Positions 19,626-31,386 of a stretch of DNA of 34,101 nucleotides are shown in pieces. Within the stretch, counting starts at the first letter, position 1. Each line of letters begins with the position of its first letter. Source of the stretch: Macrostomum lignano (taxonomy: Eukaryota); NCBI GenBank assembly GCA_002269645.1, contig NIVC01004826.1, forward strand, positions 1 through 34,101, in the 5' to 3' direction. The notes under the pieces were generated by a model. It was given only the letters and a program-made list of their open reading frames with translations, ran no database searches and had not been told where the DNA came from. The translations under genes were made by a program, and so were the position numbers.

Positions 19626-19793
19626 ATAAGCTTCATTCAGCATCTATGAGCTCGTGAGAGTTCTAATTAAAAGTGTGTAATCTGCACACTGAAGTCAAGA
19701 ATCCAACACTTACAAGGTTATGCATGAATACTGAATTACGTCGACATACAAACCATTCAGCATAGAAACTGAGTGGCAAATCACAGCAGAGTT

Positions 19794-20009
19794 TAAAGAA
19801 TAAACCAATAATTGATTTTGGCTGGCGACAAAGAAAACGAAGTTAGGGCGGTCGCAGCCCAGAATTCAGCTTTTATATTCTCTAACTTAAACATAGGTGA
19901 AAAGTTTTGGGGGTTGGCGGAGATAGTACATCGTGCGTACAGTGAAAATAGAGAAAATACCTTATGGATGAAATAGGCGGCTAGCCTAGGCCAACTCATT
20001 TTTTCGACA
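19794..20009 (-). repeat. 3' LTR of the BEL/Pao element (216 bp)
   Basis: Begins TGTCG right after the PPT GGGGGGAG. It differs from the 5' LTR by 6 substitutions and 4 indels (one of 10 nt), counted by eye. Confidence 0.95.
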
Positions 20010-20017
20010 CTCCCCCC
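20010..20017 (-). other. Polypurine tract
   Basis: GGGGGGAG immediately before the 3' LTR TG. Confidence 0.85.
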
Positions 20018-20404
20018 AAATGATTTATCATTTGATTCTTTAAATTCGGAAAAGCAAACCTAAATTACGTTCGAACTTGTTGCAAAATAACAATGAAAAA
20101 GGAAAAAAATATCTTAGCCTAACAGACAAATACTGGTTTGTTGTTTTAAGTGAAACAGTCAGCAGAGAACAAAAAACCGTTAGAGCCAAGTTTAAGCGCA
20201 TGTGAGCATGATAGATGAGGAAAAATATACTACGACGTAAATGGAAAAATGACGAATAATGACGCGTAACATCGTCCACCACCAAGAGAATTATCTCAAA
20301 ACAGAAAAACAAACCTTTTCTCATTACAAATTTTGGCGAGAGGCTGTCAAAAAAGTTAGCAAACGAATTCGAAAGTTGTGGGAAAGGACAAAAAAATAAC
20401 GGTC

Positions 20405-23400
20405 TTAGGATTGAACCTCTAAAGGAATCAACGACTGGACTGGCCGTCTCACCCGTTCCCAGCGCCGGGAACTCCCAGCACCCGCAACGCGAAGAAGAAC
20501 CGAACGGATAGCACCATCACGGCCAGGACGAACTTCCTTGACAATACCCAATTTCCATTTGAGTCTTGGTTGTCGAGCTTCACCTGCCAGAAGAACTACT
20601 TCACCAACATTTGGTGGACAGCGGTTAGGTTGATCCTTTAGGGCTTTCTCGCGCAGAGACTCCAAGTAGGACGTCTTCCATTGGTTCCAAAATTGGTTCC
20701 AAGCTGCTCTAAGCATTCTAAGCCGTTTCGGAAGCGGTAGAACGGAGTCCGCCTCACCGTCGATATCTTCCGGTTCTTGGCTGAGACGACTAGCTGCCAT
20801 GAAATGGGACGGTGTGATGAACTTCATACCGTCGCCTGAATCCGAAGGTACATACAACAGCGCCCGACAGTTAACCACAGCTTCGACTTCCACAGTTAGA
20901 GTGATCAATTGGTCGTAGGTAAACAGCTGTCGACCTGCAGCCTTTTTTAGTGCCATCTTCACGATGCCAATCAGCCTTTCCCAGTAGCCTCCCCACCACG
21001 GGGCTCGCTCGGGCACAAAATGCCAAAAAATCTTCTTTGACGAACAGAACGACTGCAGCTCTTCTGAGATACTAGCGCCGATCAGTTTGGCGCCTGATCG
21101 AAATGTCCACGCATTGTCACTGACGACGGAGGGAATGCCCCGTCGAGCCACGAACCGACGCAGTGCATGCAGAAGCTGTTCGCTGTCCATACTCGAAACA
21201 ACTTCCAGGTGAACGGCTCGAGTTGCTGAGCAAGTGAAGAGTAGGATGTACGCCTTTTTGCTCTCACCACCCTCCCCCGTCCGATAGAATATCGGACCAG
21301 CATAATCCAGTCCTACGGTACGAAAAGCACGAACAGTTGACAAACGGAAGGATGGAAGCTACGGAACCGCACTCATGGAAAACGGTCGACCTTGAAACTT
21401 CTTGCAGACAACACACTCCCCAGTAACTGCTTCACGCGCTGTCTCGCCTTTAAAATCCAAAAACGTTCACGAAGCTTGCATATTGTTGCCGCGACCCCGG
21501 AATGCATCACAGCCGCATGGCAATGACGGACAAGCAGGGTTTCGAGCGGGTGCTTCGAGGGAATCAGCACTGGATTGTTGGTGTCGAAGGGCACAGCGCC
21601 CTGCAGACGACCCGCTGACCGAACTAATCCAGCAGGATCAAGGAACAATTTGAGATCGCGCACTAACGGCATACGAGGTCCAGAACCGCTGAGGCACGAA
21701 ATTTCGTTCGACAATGATTCGCACTGTACGGCTCGCAGCACTGACTGTTCTGCCTGTAATACTTCCGTAGCCGTTAACAAGGATGGTCGCTTAACAATCC
21801 GATGGCGCAAGATGCTGACAAATCGCAAGATCCAACCAACCACTCGAGTGAGCTTGGTCCACGAAGAAAATCTTGAAATCTGAATCGCTTTGAGCAGAGA
21901 AGGTGAAGAAGAATCGGTACACTCCACGGTCATCACAGTCGTCGTTTCGTTTTGCTCAGGTTCACAGTAGACTGCCGCCGGGGTTGCATCTCGCGTGTCA
22001 TATCTTCGAAGAAATTCCGGACCGATAACCATGTCGCGTCACAAACCAATTGCTCTGGCAAGCATCCTCGCGATGGCAGGTCGGCCGGGTTCGTCTCCCC
22101 TGACACGTGGTGCCATTACTGAGCCTCTGTCAACCGTCGAATTTCACTGACCCGATTTTGCACAAAGACTTGGCGTAGCTTGGACTCACACGTGATCCAC
22201 TGCAGTGTAGTCATGCTGTCTGTCCACAGTTGACGCTTAAGACCCGGAAGTTGGATTGAGACGAAGTCCATTAAACGAGCTAGAATTAATGCTCCAAGCA
22301 ACTCCAATCGAGCAATGCTGATGGACACGACAGGCGCCACTCGAGCCTTAGCGATGAGAAGATGAGCAGAAACATCCTGGCGCTCATGATCGATAACCCT
22401 TAGGTACACGACAGCAGTATATGCTCGTTTACTAGCGTCAGAAAAACCGTGCAATTGCATTTCAATGCGACATGACTGCCATTGTTGAGGCACGACACAA
22501 CGATGAAGTTTCAGATTCAACGTCTTGAGTGAATCCAACCAGCGGGTCCATTTTGCTGCCATCTCACTCGGAATATCACCGTCCCACGGGACTTTCTGCT
22601 TGCAAAGCTGTTGAAACCAGGCTTTGACCAGCGTCACTGCCGGTGTTAGGAACCCAAGTGGGTCAAACAGCTTTGAAAAAATTGAAAGCATCATTCTCTT
22701 AGAGTACCGCTGACCTGCGACGGAGTCAAGCACTGCAGCGAACTCAAGCCGAAAAATGTCTTCATCCGGTTCCCCAGCAAGGCCAAGAACTTTCTTTGCT
22801 TTATCGACATCCGCTACAGGAAGCGACTTCATGAAATCCTTGGAATTTGACTGCCACTGCCGCATGTTCATGCCTGCTTCCGCAAAAATTCGCTTCGTCT
22901 GAGCGTACAACTCGCCGGCTTCTTCATCCGAATCGCAACAAGTGACTAAATTGTCCATGTACAGGCTAGTCTTTAAGATGTTTACAACTGTCCGAGCATC
23001 GTCTTGATGCAGTTCAAGGTGTCGCAATATGGTAGCTCGTAGAATCGCCGGTGAACAAGTTAGGCCAAAAGGTACTCGACAGAATCTATAATGTATGACT
23101 TTGTAGGGCTCGTCGGGCGTCGTCTCTGTCCACAAGAACCGAAGAGCGTCTCGATCACGCGAGTCAATACCGATTTGAAGGAACGCTTTTTCAATGTCTG
23201 CTAGTACAGCTACCGACTTGAGGCGAAAGCGAAGAAAAATCGGGGGAATCAGTGGAAAACACGTAGGCCCCGTCAGCAGAAAGTCGTTGATAGAGAAGTC
23301 TGTACTGTCCGTCTTTGCTGATCCGTCAAAAAGCATGCGTAGCTTCGTGTGTTCGCTATCCTTTTTCGTGACGCAGCTGTGTAGTAGATAATGAATGATG

Positions 23401-24960
23401 TTCGGCGACTGGTCGTTGACGTCGACTGGAACTTTCTCGATGATGCCGAGCTCTTCTTGTTCGGAAAGAATAGCATCACACTGCGCTAGTTGTGCTGGAT
23501 TACGCTGAAGATGTCGAATGCTCGCCTTTAGCCGAGTTGTCGCTACATTGAAATGGTCACGCAGGCTAATCGTCTCCTTGGAGAAACGCCAAGGCAACTG
23601 CACAGAATATCGTCCCTCATGCAGCTGCGGGTTGCAAGGGAAGACGTCGGACGAAACAGGTTGTGGGTCATCTAGAATCCCGATTGAGTCCAACCTCCAA
23701 AGAGAAGTGAAATCGTCATTTAAGGACTTCGAGACAGATATTTGGCCATTGACAAAGCAGCAAACTGCTGCTGTATTCGCGCAGTTGACCTCCTGGACAC
23801 TTTGTAAATCCGATGATCGTTCCGAATCGCACTTTGAGATACTAAGCGTCAATGGTCCGCAGAGCACATAACCAAGCTTTGAAGAAATCGCAACGGGACC
23901 ATGGGATCCACGAATAACCTCGTCGCCGACGATTTGATAAAAGAAATCTGATCCAATCAGTATCGAAATCGGAGTATGTCCGTCGCGTGGTCATACGGAT
24001 CGGCCAGATCCAAGCTGGATAGATGTTGGAATTCATTGACCCTCACAGATCGCTGTGGTTGACAAATAGTCTCAACAATGTTTGCCTGGAGTTCAACTGT
24101 CTCAAAGGAATCGAGTTTGCGCTACGAAAACCTTACACAGCCCGATTAAATGTCTGTGTTGAGGCCAGAGAAGGATGAGACACTCAGATTTTCAGTCATT
24201 TCCGCACCAAAACCCATAGCCTCACAAACATCCTTTCGAATATAACTACGATTACTTGCTGTTTCGAGAAGGACGCGCACCATCATTTCTCTGCGACCGT
24301 CGGCGCTCAAGAGAATAGCTTTGGCAACTGGTAGCGCTACCGAGGGATTTTCAGAGATAAACATTGACATGACGAGCGAGCTGGCTTCCAACTGTGATGA
24401 TGTGGTCCTTGTTTCCGAGCCATGCAAGTCTGAAGACGAAGGACGTGAACGAGAGGCCTCATCGTCGGCCGTAACTGTGAGACACTGAGATCGATTTTTT
24501 GAGCCGGAGGAACCCTTGCTGTCTTTGCTGTCGGAGGAACCAGAAGCCGTTGTGGCGTTCACCTTTAGGTGGAGATTTTTTACGAGACACGCCTTGAGCA
24601 CGGATGCTTACGTGATGCTTGCCGGAGCAATCACGGCATTTCCGCGGATCGCGACACTGTTGAACCATGTGACCAGGCCGCAGGCACTTGAAGCACCGCT
24701 TCTCTTTCACCAGAAATTGTCCACGCCACGCCACGGTCGGGAACTCCACGCAATTTCCGAATGATGCAAAGCTTTGCAATAGGTGCAAAACATTTTTTTC
24801 GTAGCGTCTGGTGCTTTCGGTTGCACTGCTACCAGTGTTGATGCCATTGACATTGATGAGTTTGAAGCTTGCTTTGACTCTGAATGAGATGCTTGTGAAG
24901 TTGACTTGTGGCTGAGCTGCGATCCAGCGGACTCATGCACAGAAATTTCATTCTTCAAAA
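20405..24960 (-). pseudogene. BEL/Pao Cys-His box, protease, RT, RNase H and integrase region, disrupted
   Basis: CFKCLRPGHMVQQC...CRDCSGKHH; RVLLETASNRSYI; ADIEKAFLQI...LRFLW...RVPFGLTCSP...LYMDN; LHGFSDASKRAY...RLELLG...WTDS; H...H...C..C zinc finger; GLDYAGP...TRAVHLE...SDNA...WWGGYWERLIG. Several frameshifts and at least one in-frame TAG near 21360. Confidence 0.93.
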
Positions 24961-27002
24961 AACACAGAAAGCTGCCAAGCGTGTCAATAGTTTTCCCTGA
25001 AGTTGAGCTGACCGAATCAAGTCGAGTCGAATGTAGCAGGGCACCTGTTCATTAGACTTGGCACCAGCAGACACTGATACGATTCCGCGGCAACACCCTG
25101 TGATAAATACAATTAAATAAATAGCATGCACGAAAAGCAATAGTTTAGGCCCTAGACAAACCTATTTTTGGAGCGTTCAGAGATTTTAAAACTATTGGCC
25201 CTATTGCCTATCGCCGGTCGGCGAGTTCTACCAATCTTTCTCAAATAGTCGCAGTACGGTACAAGAAAAGGAAGAACACAGGTGAAAACGATCCGAATAG
25301 ATTTAGAGAGTGATAATCCTAGTAAGAATAGCTAATGAGTAATGGACTCAGACGATTTAATTAAATGACGTCAAGTTGATTACAATCCTTACTACAATTT
25401 CGCAACGCAATTAAATTCCGAGCACTGATAAACGAACAATAACGATAATAATCAATTAATTAGTTAGATAACGCACTGGCGAGCGGATCTCAGCTTGAAG
25501 AAGAAAAACCGAACAGGACCACGGAGAAGATTCCTAAACACTGGCCTAACTCAGAACCTACGCTCGAACGAGAGCCCTGACGAATCGACTGTTCAGCGGA
25601 GCACTGACTAAGTTCTATCAGCGCTGCCCTTCAGTGTGACACTGAGGCCCTCGGGGTCGAGGCCACGTACTTGATCGAATCCGTCAGTCTCTATCTAGAC
25701 CGCGCTTAATAGCGACGACTTCAGACAAGGATTGCCGAGACGTTACGCTACAAGACTGAAGCGGTCGGGCAGTGAGTAAACACGGACCGGGGGTGATGAA
25801 ATTGAGCGCCTCAAAGCGCGGAACCAAAATAGGGCAAAACGGCCGGGAAGTTGGAACAAAACCGGAAGCGGGAAAAAAAGGGGTGAGATCCGACCGCCAA
25901 ACACACTTTCATATATAGTCATTGTCAGACCCCTCAAAACCCCCTCAAGCCGGGTGGTGGTCGTCTGGCCGGCCGCTTGCTAAGCTGAATTGCACTGAGC
26001 CCGCGGCGCCGGGTAGAGTTGGATTTTGCCGCGTGCCAGGGTCCAGGCCGGTTCTGATTGGCTGGCCGCGCAAAGCTGGGGTTTGCAGAAACTTCAACCC
26101 TCCGCTGAGTCACAGAATTGGCGTCTGACTTTTACCCTGTTTACGCAAAGTAAACTCTAACTAACAAGAAAAAGTACATTAGACCGCGTAACTAAATTAA
26201 AGAAAAATAATTATTATTAACAACAATATAGAAACTAGCTAATAGAATTCACAAAAGATGCTCACACTACAACCCTGAGTCTCCAGGCTGCGCATGCTGG
26301 CAGTTGTGTCGTCGTGAAACTGCTGAAGACACTTTAGAGATAAGTCCTGAAGACGAAGTTCAGATATCTTGTGCATTAAGTCCTTGACTATGATTTCTTT
26401 CTTTCCGTAGCGCTCTCGCAAAATATCTAAGGCTATTGAATAATTGGCCGCCGTGACTGACAGGCCTCGAATGCTTGCCTTGACTGAGTCGGACAGAGAG
26501 CTGACGAGATAGTTGAACTTGTCTATATCTGACAGGCTAGAGTTGCGATGTATGGAAGAGTTGAGCTGATCCCAAAATGACTGCCACGCCGAAATCTCCC
26601 CAGTGAATGTCGGGATTTGCCTCTTGGGAAGCTTGATCTGCGACCGGACTCTACGGAATGACTTTTGGCCGCTGACTCCTCCGGCGATTGTTGACTATTG
26701 AAAGTTGCTTCCAGCATCTTGATTAAGCTGATACACTTCATCGAATAAGTTTGATTCTCTTCCACTTCAGCATCCAGCCCCTCTTCAGCTACAGACTCCT
26801 CTATGGCTTCATCCAATGCTTGCACTGCCGTCAATTTCGACTTCAGAATCTGCACAGTTGCCTCCGCATCCGCACGATTAGCAGCTCGACCAATATCCAC
26901 GGAGAGAAGATGGTCAGCCTTTCCAACAGCCTTCGTGATCGCCGCGCGGATACCTGCACGCTTCCTGACTGCTGAAGATAGCTCGTCTTCACTGAGAACC
27001 AT
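24960..27002 (-). pseudogene. BEL/Pao gag, interrupted by the solo LTR
   Basis: MVLSEDEL...; after a frameshift IKLPKRQIPTFTGEISAWQSFWDQL...DKFNYL...NYSIALDILRERYG...SLETQ | solo LTR | GVAAESYQCLLVPSLMN.VPCYIRLDLIR. Confidence 0.88.
25099..26271 (-). mobile_element. 1173-bp solo LTR nested in BEL gag
   Basis: TGT...ACA termini and a 4-bp TSD ACCC (25095-25098, 26272-26275). Removing it restores the gag reading ETQGVAAES. Orientation is tentative, based on CCAAT (about 26060) and TATATA (about 25915) on the minus strand. Confidence 0.88.
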
Positions 27003-27557
27003 GACGACTTGAATTGGGAGATGCTGCTAAAGCCAAGAACTCCCGACACTGAGAACTTGAAGACGGACAGCCCAAAAAAAGAAGCAGACTGCAGGATAAC
27101 ACTACGAGTGAACACGAAGACAAGCGAATGCAAAAAGCAAAAAAATACGAGTAAATTTGTTAAGAGAAACTCTAAAATTCAAGAGTTTGAAAAATTTAAC
27201 GATCAGCTATTAACTATACGTATAACTGTCAATAATGTTAACGAGATGCGCAAAAAACGTAATGTAAAAGGAGAAACAGTTACGATACTCATCAACGCAA
27301 GGACTGTTCGACATCGATCAGAGAGGGCCTGGCTGAAGGTTGCTCGTGGAACCCGAGGGACCGGAATACCGTTGACGGGACCACCGCTGCAGCGATCCGG
27401 AGGCCGCGAGCTGCTGCTTATTCCGATGACTGCGCTTCGCCGATAGCCAACATAGCAGCCCCGTGCGGAACGTGAAATATCGCTGCGCTAGAGATTCAGT
27501 GCAGTTGCACTAGCTTGAGCTTCTGTAGGCCGCAATAGTTTTAAATTGTTTGTTGTA

Positions 27558-27575
27558 CTTTTTGTTTGGGCGCCA
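27558..27575 (-). other. PBS of the BEL element, tRNA-Lys-like
   Basis: TGGCGCCCAAACA directly after the 5' LTR. The first 8-10 nt match the metazoan tRNA-Lys 3' complements (TGGCGCCCAA.. and TGGCGCCCGAACA). Confidence 0.7.
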
Positions 27576-27800
27576 TAAAGAATAAACCAATAATTGATTT
27601 TGGCTGACGATAAAGAAAACGAAGTTAGGGCGGTCGCAGCCCAGAATTCAGCTTTTATATTTTCTAACTTAAACATAGGTGAAAATTTTGGGGGTTTGGC
27701 GGAGATATATTATTTGAGTACATCGTGCGTACAGTGTAAATAGAGAAAATACCATATGGATGAAATAGGCGGTTAGCCTAGGCCAACTCATTTTTCGACA
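27576..27800 (-). repeat. 5' LTR of the BEL/Pao element (225 bp)
   Basis: TGTCGAAAAATGAG...TTCTTTA, followed by the PBS; TATA-like TATAAAAG on the minus strand. Confidence 0.95.
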
Positions 27801-27804
27801 GAGT

Positions 27805-27810
27805 TTTATT
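27805..27810 (-). terminator. Probable polyadenylation signal of the FReD gene
   Basis: AATAAA 66-71 nt after the stop codon of the distal exon copy, 4 nt before the BEL 5' LTR. Confidence 0.55.
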
Positions 27811-27828
27811 GAATGCTGCTAAGGTTGG

Positions 27829-28293
27829 CTGTTGACCAAAAGAATTCGCAAATTGTTTAAGATTTTTAATCAGTTTCACAGTACCATCATCTCGAACTCC
27901 TTCAGCGAGTAGTAGTACCCATATTTTAAGTTCCAGATGGTGCCCTGTGCGTACATACCACCGATAGCCTCAGAGAAGTTTTTGTAAACTCCATTGGGGT
28001 GCGTACTGTGGCAGGCGAAAAACCACCAGGCACCGGAATATACCTTGGCACAGTTGCTTTCCAGGTGGGCATCGTGATCAACGTCTTTCGTGCTGAACTG
28101 CCGGCCGCTGCTGTAGGACAGTGAGTCGCCGATGCCGGCGCTGCCGGAGAAGCCGGACACGCTCAGCCGGTAGTTGTCCGACTCGGGACCCACTGAGAAG
28201 CTGGAGTACTCAGCCCAGCTAATCGAGTCGTTCCAGTCCTTCATCAGGATCCTCAGCTTCCGTGCGCCAGATGACGTCAGAGTGGAGAGAGTT
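27829..28293 (-). pseudogene. 465-bp tandem duplicate of the last FReD exon plus proximal 3' UTR, lacking the native splice acceptor
   Basis: Near-identical to 28294-28760. Differences seen: one synonymous change and a 2-nt deletion at the exon's 5' end. Confidence 0.9.
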
Positions 28294-28340
28294 CTGTTGA
28301 CCAAAAGAATTCGCAAATTGTTTAAGATTTTTAATCAGTT

Positions 28341-29331
28341 TCACAGTACCATCATCTCGAACTCCTTCAGCGAGTAGTAGTACCCATATTTTAAGTTCCA
28401 GATGGTGCCCTGTGCGTACATACCACCGATAGCCTCAGAGAAGTTTTTGTAAACTCCATTGGGGTGCGTACTGTGGCAGGCGAAAAACCACCAGGCACCG
28501 GAATATACCTTGGCACAGTTGCTTTCCAGGTGGGCATCGTGATCAACGTCTTTCGTGCTGAACTGCCGGCCGCTGCTGTAGGACAGTGAGTCGCCGATGC
28601 CAGCGCTGCCGGAGAAGCCGGACACGCTCAGCCGGTAGTTGTCCGACTCGGGACCCACTGAGAAGCTGGAGTACTCAGCCCAGCTAATCGAGTCGTTCCA
28701 GTCCTTCATCAGGATCCTCAGCTTCCGTGCGCCAGATGACGTCAGAGTATGGAGAGAGTTCAGGCCTGGGAAGTTGAAAAGTTGAACATAGTTCCAATTA
28801 TCAAATTTAATTACAGAATATTAAAAAGCTTTCAACCCACCGATCCAGTAGTTTCCATCGGGTCCCTCGCCGAACTCGCTCTGGTACTGAGTCCAGTTGC
28901 GGTAAAAGTCCACTGAGCCGGACACCCTGTGCTGCACGGTGGTCCAGCAGTCACTGCCGGCTGTCTGCAATGTAAAAAGTTTTTTGCTAAAGTGTCAATT
29001 CAGACTATGTTAATGCGAATGCTGCTGACACAGGACTCACCCACACTTGATGATCTCCTTTGTTCACATCCCGGCACTTCCTGCAGTGGCTCAGGTCCAG
29101 GCGACACCTGAAGTGAGCGCACAGGCCGGAGCTGGCGTTGAACGCCACCAGCTGCACAGCGGATTCGCTGCTTGCCACATTGAGGCATTCGACTTCCGAG
29201 CGCATGGAGCGCGAGCTCGCAACCTCATAGTCAGAGAGACCGTCGCGGCTGGTCCAATAGGTTCGCTCGGGAGTGGCTAATTCAGCAAGTTGGAGTCCAA
29301 CAATGAGCAGCAACAAGAGCTGAAGCATCAT
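28341..29331 (-). CDS. Secreted fibrinogen-related protein (FReD; ficolin/tachylectin-like), 3 exons, 279 aa
   Basis: Exons 29331-29041, 28964-28841, 28765-28341 (GT-AG, phases 0 and 1). Signal peptide [19 protein letters not shown] motifs: [19 protein letters not shown]...FG...GNYWIGL..LH; FSTKDVDHD; NCA...GAWWFFACH...NG.Y; YSLK. Confidence 0.93.
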
Positions 29332-31386
29332 TTTCTACAATTCATATTAAAAAATGAGAGCCACAGTTGCATTCCTACTGCTTATAGAAGCCGGATGAGA
29401 CGAGAACGCGTGCGAGACTTCTGGTTTTGTCAGGAAAAATTACATAGGGGAAATTTTTATGGAAACTACCGAACTTAAGACAGGTGAAGTACATGTACAC
29501 AGTGAAATAAAGGTAAAACACATACTCTAGGAAAATGTGGAAAAATCAGTCAAATGGTCGATACGATACCATGTGGAGGCTTTCCTACAAAGACACGCCT
29601 CATACAGACACGGGCCCGTTCTATAAAGCCATCGTAAGATAAGATCGTTCTTAGTTCCTATCTCCGTAGTGTAAAAGTTCGACGTACGATCGAACTTACG
29701 CTACGACAGCTTTATAGTACGACTACGACCCCACGTTCTATGCAAGTAGTGGGGCTTTCCCGAAGATTTGGGCAATTCTACTTGATTAAAGTACAGCCCT
29801 TGTGTTTTTTAACTTCTCTGAATGAATTCGATTTATTCTGCACAAAGATTTGCAGGAATTTATCCATACGTCTTACCCAAGCCGTTGACATGAGCGAGTC
29901 ACAGCGCCTCGAAATTTGGCAAGTTGAATCCGCCAATAAGCCAACAACAATTCACCAATAAACGGTGAAATATCTCTTCAAGCTGCTTGCTCAGAAGCAA
30001 GCAGCACAGCTGTTCATGGCCTTTTATCACAGTCTCAATGGCATACAGACGGGAAAATCTCCCATGGGCCTGGCATCACTGTCATCTCGTTAGCTGCCAG
30101 TCATTGCAATATTGCAATTTGAGCTCGAGCAGTATTTCCCTTGTCAAACAGGTGTTCGGTGCCACGCTGTGTCGCGGAAATTGATGCTTAGGAGTTCGCA
30201 GGTGTTAAGTCAATTTGCTCACAGAATTTTAGTGATGCGTTGACAATTGACAATTCGTTGTCACGTGCTGCGACCGCTGATTCTTTGTATTGTTTTTCAG
30301 TTTGACGATCCTACAAACAATGCAAAAAATGTGCGAACAACGATAGTCAAATTGCTAAACAATGCAAAACAGCAAAGCATTGAAGGTTTTTAACGATTTT
30401 TTTCAATCCAGCAATGTTATTACATGTATACTACATAAGGAGTAGTTAACTCCATAGATCTGTGTGAAAACGCATAGTCTATGGTTCAAATCGGGCGTAA
30501 AGAAACGCGTATTGCCTCCTCTAGCAACATGCCCCAGGGAGTTGACTATGGACTGTCTATGGAATACTGCTTATTCAGGTAGAGTGATGCAGCAGGGAGA
30601 ATGCTTCAACAGATGACAGATCGGTGGGGTCGCCAACTGCATGCTGCAGCCGGACGATAATGTACCGTTGCACTGGGCATACTACTCGTACTTTTTACAT
30701 ACAATATGCATTCTATACGAGTTGATTGAAATATCAGTGATACAAGACTGATGGTTGAATACCAACTTCTATTGTTAATTCCAAGATCTGCTGTTGCGGT
30801 CAATTGTTCCAACTGAAGTTTCAAAGTTGCTATTTGGAACTACGAGTATGCTGATAGCACGCAATCTTTGACGCAACTCTGACGATAAAAGTTTCGCTGT
30901 CCAATTCCGGCTCGGAAGAAACACTAGAAAGATTTAATAATGCCCTGGCTTCTTGACACGCAAATTTATTCAAAAACATCCAAGCTAAAACGAATATTCA
31001 GCTCGATGTTATTAGTTGTAGCTTAAATGCATTCCTTGTTTAATAAAAATTCAGACCTGAACCGATGCCATTTTATTTTAAACGGTTGCTTCCGAGATTG
31101 AAGGGAAGAATATCCTGCTGTCCATCTGCAAGCTATTCAGCTCTTTTATCATTTTTCATTGAAACTGAATGAAACACAAACAACACTTTTTCGGCTTTCC
31201 ATCAAAAAGTGAAAGAAGAATTCAAGCAGTGCAAAACGATGCTGTTTAGCAAACTGCTTTCTTGAAGTCGTTTTCAAAGAAACGCAGCGTCTCTTTTCTC
31301 CTACTATCAGTAGTCCTTACATCGTGCAGTCCAAATTTTAAGTAGCGCTAAAAAAATAAGGAAATTCCACTGCTAAAGTCGCGCTA

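Larger units (their letters stand above)
19794..27800 (-). mobile_element. Full-length degenerate BEL/Pao LTR retrotransposon
   Basis: Two LTRs (27800-27576, 20009-19794), TSD GAGTT (19789-19793 and 27801-27805), PBS at 27575 and PPT at 20017-20010. Domain order is gag (DUF1759-type), triple Cys-His box, protease, RT, RNase H, integrase. Confidence 0.96.

Noticed and set aside
27009-27446. 145-aa plus-strand ORF in the BEL 5' leader
   Set aside because: Antisense to the element, low complexity and without recognisable motifs; not an env or accessory gene on present evidence.
29610-29725. Cluster of short inverted repeats (CTATAAAGC/GCTTTATAG; AAGTTCGA/TCGAACTT)
   Set aside because: Possibly a MITE fragment, but the stems are short and no ends or TSD could be defined.
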